Source of the DNA: a bacterium
GTDB taxonomy: Bacteria; Zhuqueibacterota; Zhuqueibacteria; Oceanimicrobiales; Oceanimicrobiaceae
Length of the DNA: 17,989 nt
Direction of reading: 5' to 3'
Assembly: GCA_037446635.1 (NCBI GenBank)
Contig: JBBIIG010000080.1
Span: 1 to 17,989, forward strand
Below the pieces are notes generated by a model. The model was not told where the DNA came from. It saw nothing but the letters and a program-made list of their open reading frames with translations, and searched no databases. This document shows positions 14,915-17,989 of this stretch, in pieces. How positions within the stretch are numbered: position 1 is the first letter of the stretch; each line of letters starts with the position of its first letter. Position numbers and translations under genes: made by a program.

Positions 14915-17554
14915 ATGAAGTGGATCGTTCTGTATTCCCTGCCGCTCGTTTCTGCTGCGAGTGTTTTTGCTTCTACCCCTTCCACTACCAAAAAAATTTA
15001 CGTGGCAATACAAGTCAATCCCCATCCGCCGGTCATCGATGGCCGCCTCGACGATCAAGTCTGGCAGAAAGCCGAATGGACCGGCGATTTCACCCAGCGC
15101 GAGCCCAACGACGGCATGCCGCCTTCGCATCAAACTGCTTTCAAGATTCTTTATGATGAACACAATCTCTATGTCGGCATCCGCGCGTATGACACCGAGC
15201 CGGAGAAGATCGTCCGCCGCGTCACTCGCCGCGATGCCTTCGACGGCGATTGGGTGGAGATCAACATCGACAGCTACTTCGATCATCGCACCGCGTTTTC
15301 GTTCACCCTCAACGCCGCTGGCGTGAAAGGCGATGAAGCCGTTTCCGCCGACGGCGATTATTGGGATGCCAACTGGAATCCCATCTGGTTCTGCGACGTG
15401 GCGCACGACAGCGAGGGCTGGACCGCCGAGTTCCGCATTCCGTTCAGCCAGCTGCGCTTTGCCAACAAAGACGAGCACGTCTGGGGAATTCAGATGCAGC
15501 GCAAGATCTATCGCTTCGAAGAGCGCTCGGTGTGGCAGTACATTCCGAAAAACACCGGCGGCTGGGTGAGTTATTTTGGCGAGCTGCACGGGCTGAAGGG
15601 CATCAAATCTTCGGGACGCTTCGAATTGATGCCGTATGGCGTGAGCGACCTGCGCACGTCTCCCAAAGAAGCTGGTAATCCGTTTTCAAAAAGCCGAGAG
15701 GCCAACCTCTCCGGCGGCCTCGACGCCAAGATGCGCGTCACTAGCGATCTCACCCTCGACGTGACCGTTAATCCGGATTTTGGGCAAGTGGAAGCCGACC
15801 CCTCGGAAGTGAACCTCACCGCCTTCGAGACTTTCTTTCCGGAGAAGCGCCCGTTCTTCATCGAGGGGCAAAATATTCTTGATTACAAAATCATGGGCGG
15901 CGATGGCAGCTTCTCCAACGATCGCCTTTTCTATTCCCGCCGCATTGGACGCTCGCCGCAATACTCGCACGATCTTGACACCGGTGAATATGCCCTCGCG
16001 CCGACCAACACTTCGATTATCTCCGCTATGAAACTGACCGGCAAAACCAAGAATGGTTGGTCCATCGGCGCCCTCGATGCCGTCACCGAGCGTGAAACCG
16101 CGCAACTCGATTTGAACGGCGTGCGCCGCGAAGAAACCGTGGAGCCGCTCACCAATTATTTTGTGGGCAGATTGCAGAAAGATTTTCATCAGGGCAACAC
16201 GGCGTTCGGCGGCATGCTCACCGCCGTCCACCGCGATCTCGATCAACCACAAATCAAGTTTCTGAATCGCGAGGCCTACAGCGGCGGCCTCGATTTCCGT
16301 CACCAATGGCAGAACAAGACTTACTACCTTGATGTGCGCACCGCGTTCAGTCACATCCGCGGCACGCACGAAGCGATCCTTGCGGCGCAGACCGCCTCGG
16401 CGCGTTACTATCAGCGTCCCGACGCCGATTACGTTGAAGTCGATTCCAGCCGTACGTCTCTCTCCGGCCATGGCGGGATGATTAGTTTTGGCCGCGGCGG
16501 CAACAGCAAATTGCGAATGGATGTCGGCGCGATGTGGCGCTCGCCCGGATTGGAGCTGAACGATCTCGGTTTTCTGCGGCAGGCCGATCGTGTCATGCAG
16601 TGGAGTTGGGTGGGCTACAATAGTCCCAAATCTTTTGCTATTTTCCGCAGCTTGCGCGGCAACTTCAACCAGTGGTGGGGTTGGAATTTTGGCGGCGAGA
16701 CCGTGTTCGCCGGCGGCAACGTCAATGGCGGCGGACAGTTCGGCAACTACTGGTGGTTTTGGATGGGCTTTGGTTATGAAGGCAAGAACCTCACCACCAG
16801 CGAGCTGCGCGGCGGCCCGGCCATGAAGGCGCCCGGCTACTGGAACCAGTGGTACGAGCTGACCACCGATAATCGCAAAGCCGTGCAGTTGGGCGTCAAT
16901 GGCAGCAACAGTTGGGCGGATGCCGGCGGCTCGCGTTTTCATCGCGTGAGTTTTTGGGCGAACTTCCGTCCCCGCAATTCCATTTTGCTGCGGGTCAATC
17001 CGTTTTACACCATCAACAAAGATGATTTGCAGTACATCGACACGGTGGAGAACGCCGGCGCGGATCGCTACCTCTTTGGCCGCCTCGATCAGAAAACGCT
17101 GGGCATCACCATTCGACTCGACGTGAGCATCACGCCGGATTTGTCGATTCAGTACTACGGGCAGCCGTTCATCTCCGCCGGCAAATATCTGGACTTCAAA
17201 CGTATCACCGAGCCGCGAGCCGCGAACTACGAAGATCGCTTTCATACCTTTGCCGGCAGCGAAGTCCAGTTTGACGCCACCGACGCCGTCTTCAACTTTG
17301 ACGAAGACTCAAACGGCGCTACCGACTACTCCATCGACCAACCGGACTTCAACTTCCGCCAGTTCCGGTCGAATTTTGTCGTGCGCTGGGAGTACCAGCC
17401 CGGCTCCACCCTCTTCCTCGTGTGGACGCAGGAACGCACGAACGACGCGTTTACCGACGGCAACTTTAGATTTGGAAACGATCTGGGAGATTTGTTCGAC
17501 ACCACCGGCACGAATGTGTTTTTGGTGAAGGTAAGCCGCTGGTTTTCGTTGTGA
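14915..17554 (+). CDS. CBM9-like + DUF5916 domain outer-membrane protein
   Basis: Signal peptide, PPVIDGRLDDQVW, GWTAEFRIPFSQLRF, LDVTVNPDFGQVEADP, FFPEKRPFFIEG, FYSRRIG, and a beta-barrel-like C-terminus ending FLVKVSRWFSL. RBS GGAG. Confidence 0.92.
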   Translation: MKWIVLYSLPLVSAASVFASTPSTTKKIYVAIQVNPHPPVIDGRLDDQVWQKAEWTGDFTQREPNDGMPPSHQTAFKILYDEHNLYVGIRAYDTEPEKIVRRVTRRDAFDGDWVEINIDSYFDHRTAFSFTLNAAGVKGDEAVSADGDYWDANWNPIWFCDVAHDSEGWTAEFRIPFSQLRFANKDEHVWGIQMQRKIYRFEERSVWQYIPKNTGGWVSYFGELHGLKGIKSSGRFELMPYGVSDLRTSPKEAGNPFSKSREANLSGGLDAKMRVTSDLTLDVTVNPDFGQVEADPSEVNLTAFETFFPEKRPFFIEGQNILDYKIMGGDGSFSNDRLFYSRRIGRSPQYSHDLDTGEYALAPTNTSIISAMKLTGKTKNGWSIGALDAVTERETAQLDLNGVRREETVEPLTNYFVGRLQKDFHQGNTAFGGMLTAVHRDLDQPQIKFLNREAYSGGLDFRHQWQNKTYYLDVRTAFSHIRGTHEAILAAQTASARYYQRPDADYVEVDSSRTSLSGHGGMISFGRGGNSKLRMDVGAMWRSPGLELNDLGFLRQADRVMQWSWVGYNSPKSFAIFRSLRGNFNQWWGWNFGGETVFAGGNVNGGGQFGNYWWFWMGFGYEGKNLTTSELRGGPAMKAPGYWNQWYELTTDNRKAVQLGVNGSNSWADAGGSRFHRVSFWANFRPRNSILLRVNPFYTINKDDLQYIDTVENAGADRYLFGRLDQKTLGITIRLDVSITPDLSIQYYGQPFISAGKYLDFKRITEPRAANYEDRFHTFAGSEVQFDATDAVFNFDEDSNGATDYSIDQPDFNFRQFRSNFVVRWEYQPGSTLFLVWTQERTNDAFTDGNFRFGNDLGDLFDTTGTNVFLVKVSRWFSL

Positions 17555-17565
17555 GTTTTTTTGAG

Positions 17566-17590
17566 GTAGCCGCAGGCTTTAGCCGGCCGC
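17566..17590 (+). repeat. Degenerate GTAG-type REP-like palindrome
   Basis: GTAGCCGCAGGCTTTAGCCGGC: GTAG tetranucleotide followed by a short GGCT-TT-AGCC palindrome just after the DUF5916 stop. Confidence 0.4.
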
Positions 17591-17660
17591 GTTGTAGAGC
17601 AAACCACAACCAGAAGGGCACGGATACAATAATTTTAGTTTTTAATTTTGCTTTTCTGGT

Positions 17661-17989
17661 TTAAATATCCTTAGTTGGAGCAGATGGTTGGGTTTGTCCA
17701 CGCATTAAGCTCAGTATTGCCTGTTGTGCAACCATGGTAGCATGAGTATTATTTTCAATTGAAACAAAACAGGAAATACCTTGACCACTCGCTACCAAAA
17801 TAAGTCCACACACAACGACAAGTAGCCCGGATACGACACCTGCGGTGCCTAAAAGGGACGTTTCACCACCAAGCGGACCAAACGGACTTCTTTGCCCAAG
17901 CTGACTCAGTCCAAGAAAAAATATTACAACCCCGATGATAACAAAAACCCATCTAATAAAACTGAAAAAATTGCCAAACGACAAAAGTG
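17661..17989 (-). CDS. Hypothetical two-TM membrane protein (partial, start beyond right edge)
   Basis: Frame open to the window edge. Two hydrophobic helices followed by …ASGQGISCFVSIENNTHAT. AT-rich codon usage. Confidence 0.75.
   Translation of the reverse strand, partial: LLSFGNFFSFIRWVFVIIGVVIFFLGLSQLGQRSPFGPLGGETSLLGTAGVVSGLLVVVCGLILVASGQGISCFVSIENNTHATMVAQQAILSLMRGQTQPSAPTKDI

Noticed and set aside
15686..17245. 519-aa ORF on - (also 14864-15589)
   Set aside because: Antisense shadow of the well-supported DUF5916 gene, with no recognisable motifs.

Overview
Chromosomal window from a diderm bacterium, probably FCB-superphylum-related (e.g. KSB1/Calditrichota-like). This placement is inferred from a QNYPNPFNP C-terminal sorting domain, DUF5916 and A|Q signal-peptide junctions. 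Left to right: (i) an edge-truncated secreted protein gene (<1-1075, -), absent from the ORF track, with a CHAP/NlpC-P60-like Cys-His-Asp N-terminal domain and InlB-B-like repeats. It is preceded by a translationally coupled 57-aa leader ORF that is overlapped antisense by a candidate ~94-nt sRNA with its own promoter and terminator. (ii) A LonC/YcbZ-type protease, a small Cys-rich protein and a hemerythrin-like gene (-). (iii) An exported TPR-CHAT protein whose catalytic His and Cys both appear replaced by Ala (+). (iv) A rhomboid protease-amidase operon (-). (v) A small periplasmic helical protein, a ~156-bp MITE-like element and a beta-propeller sorting-domain protein (-). (vi) An intact DUF1326 gene flanked by two unannotated sugar-kinase remnants (pfkA 5' end; frameshifted ROK kinase 3' end). 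(vii) A CBM9-like/DUF5916 outer-membrane protein (+) and an AT-rich edge-truncated membrane protein (-). Several REP-like intergenic repeat hairpins are present. No CRISPR array, tRNA, rRNA or transposase was seen. All family calls come from motif recognition by eye, not database searches.
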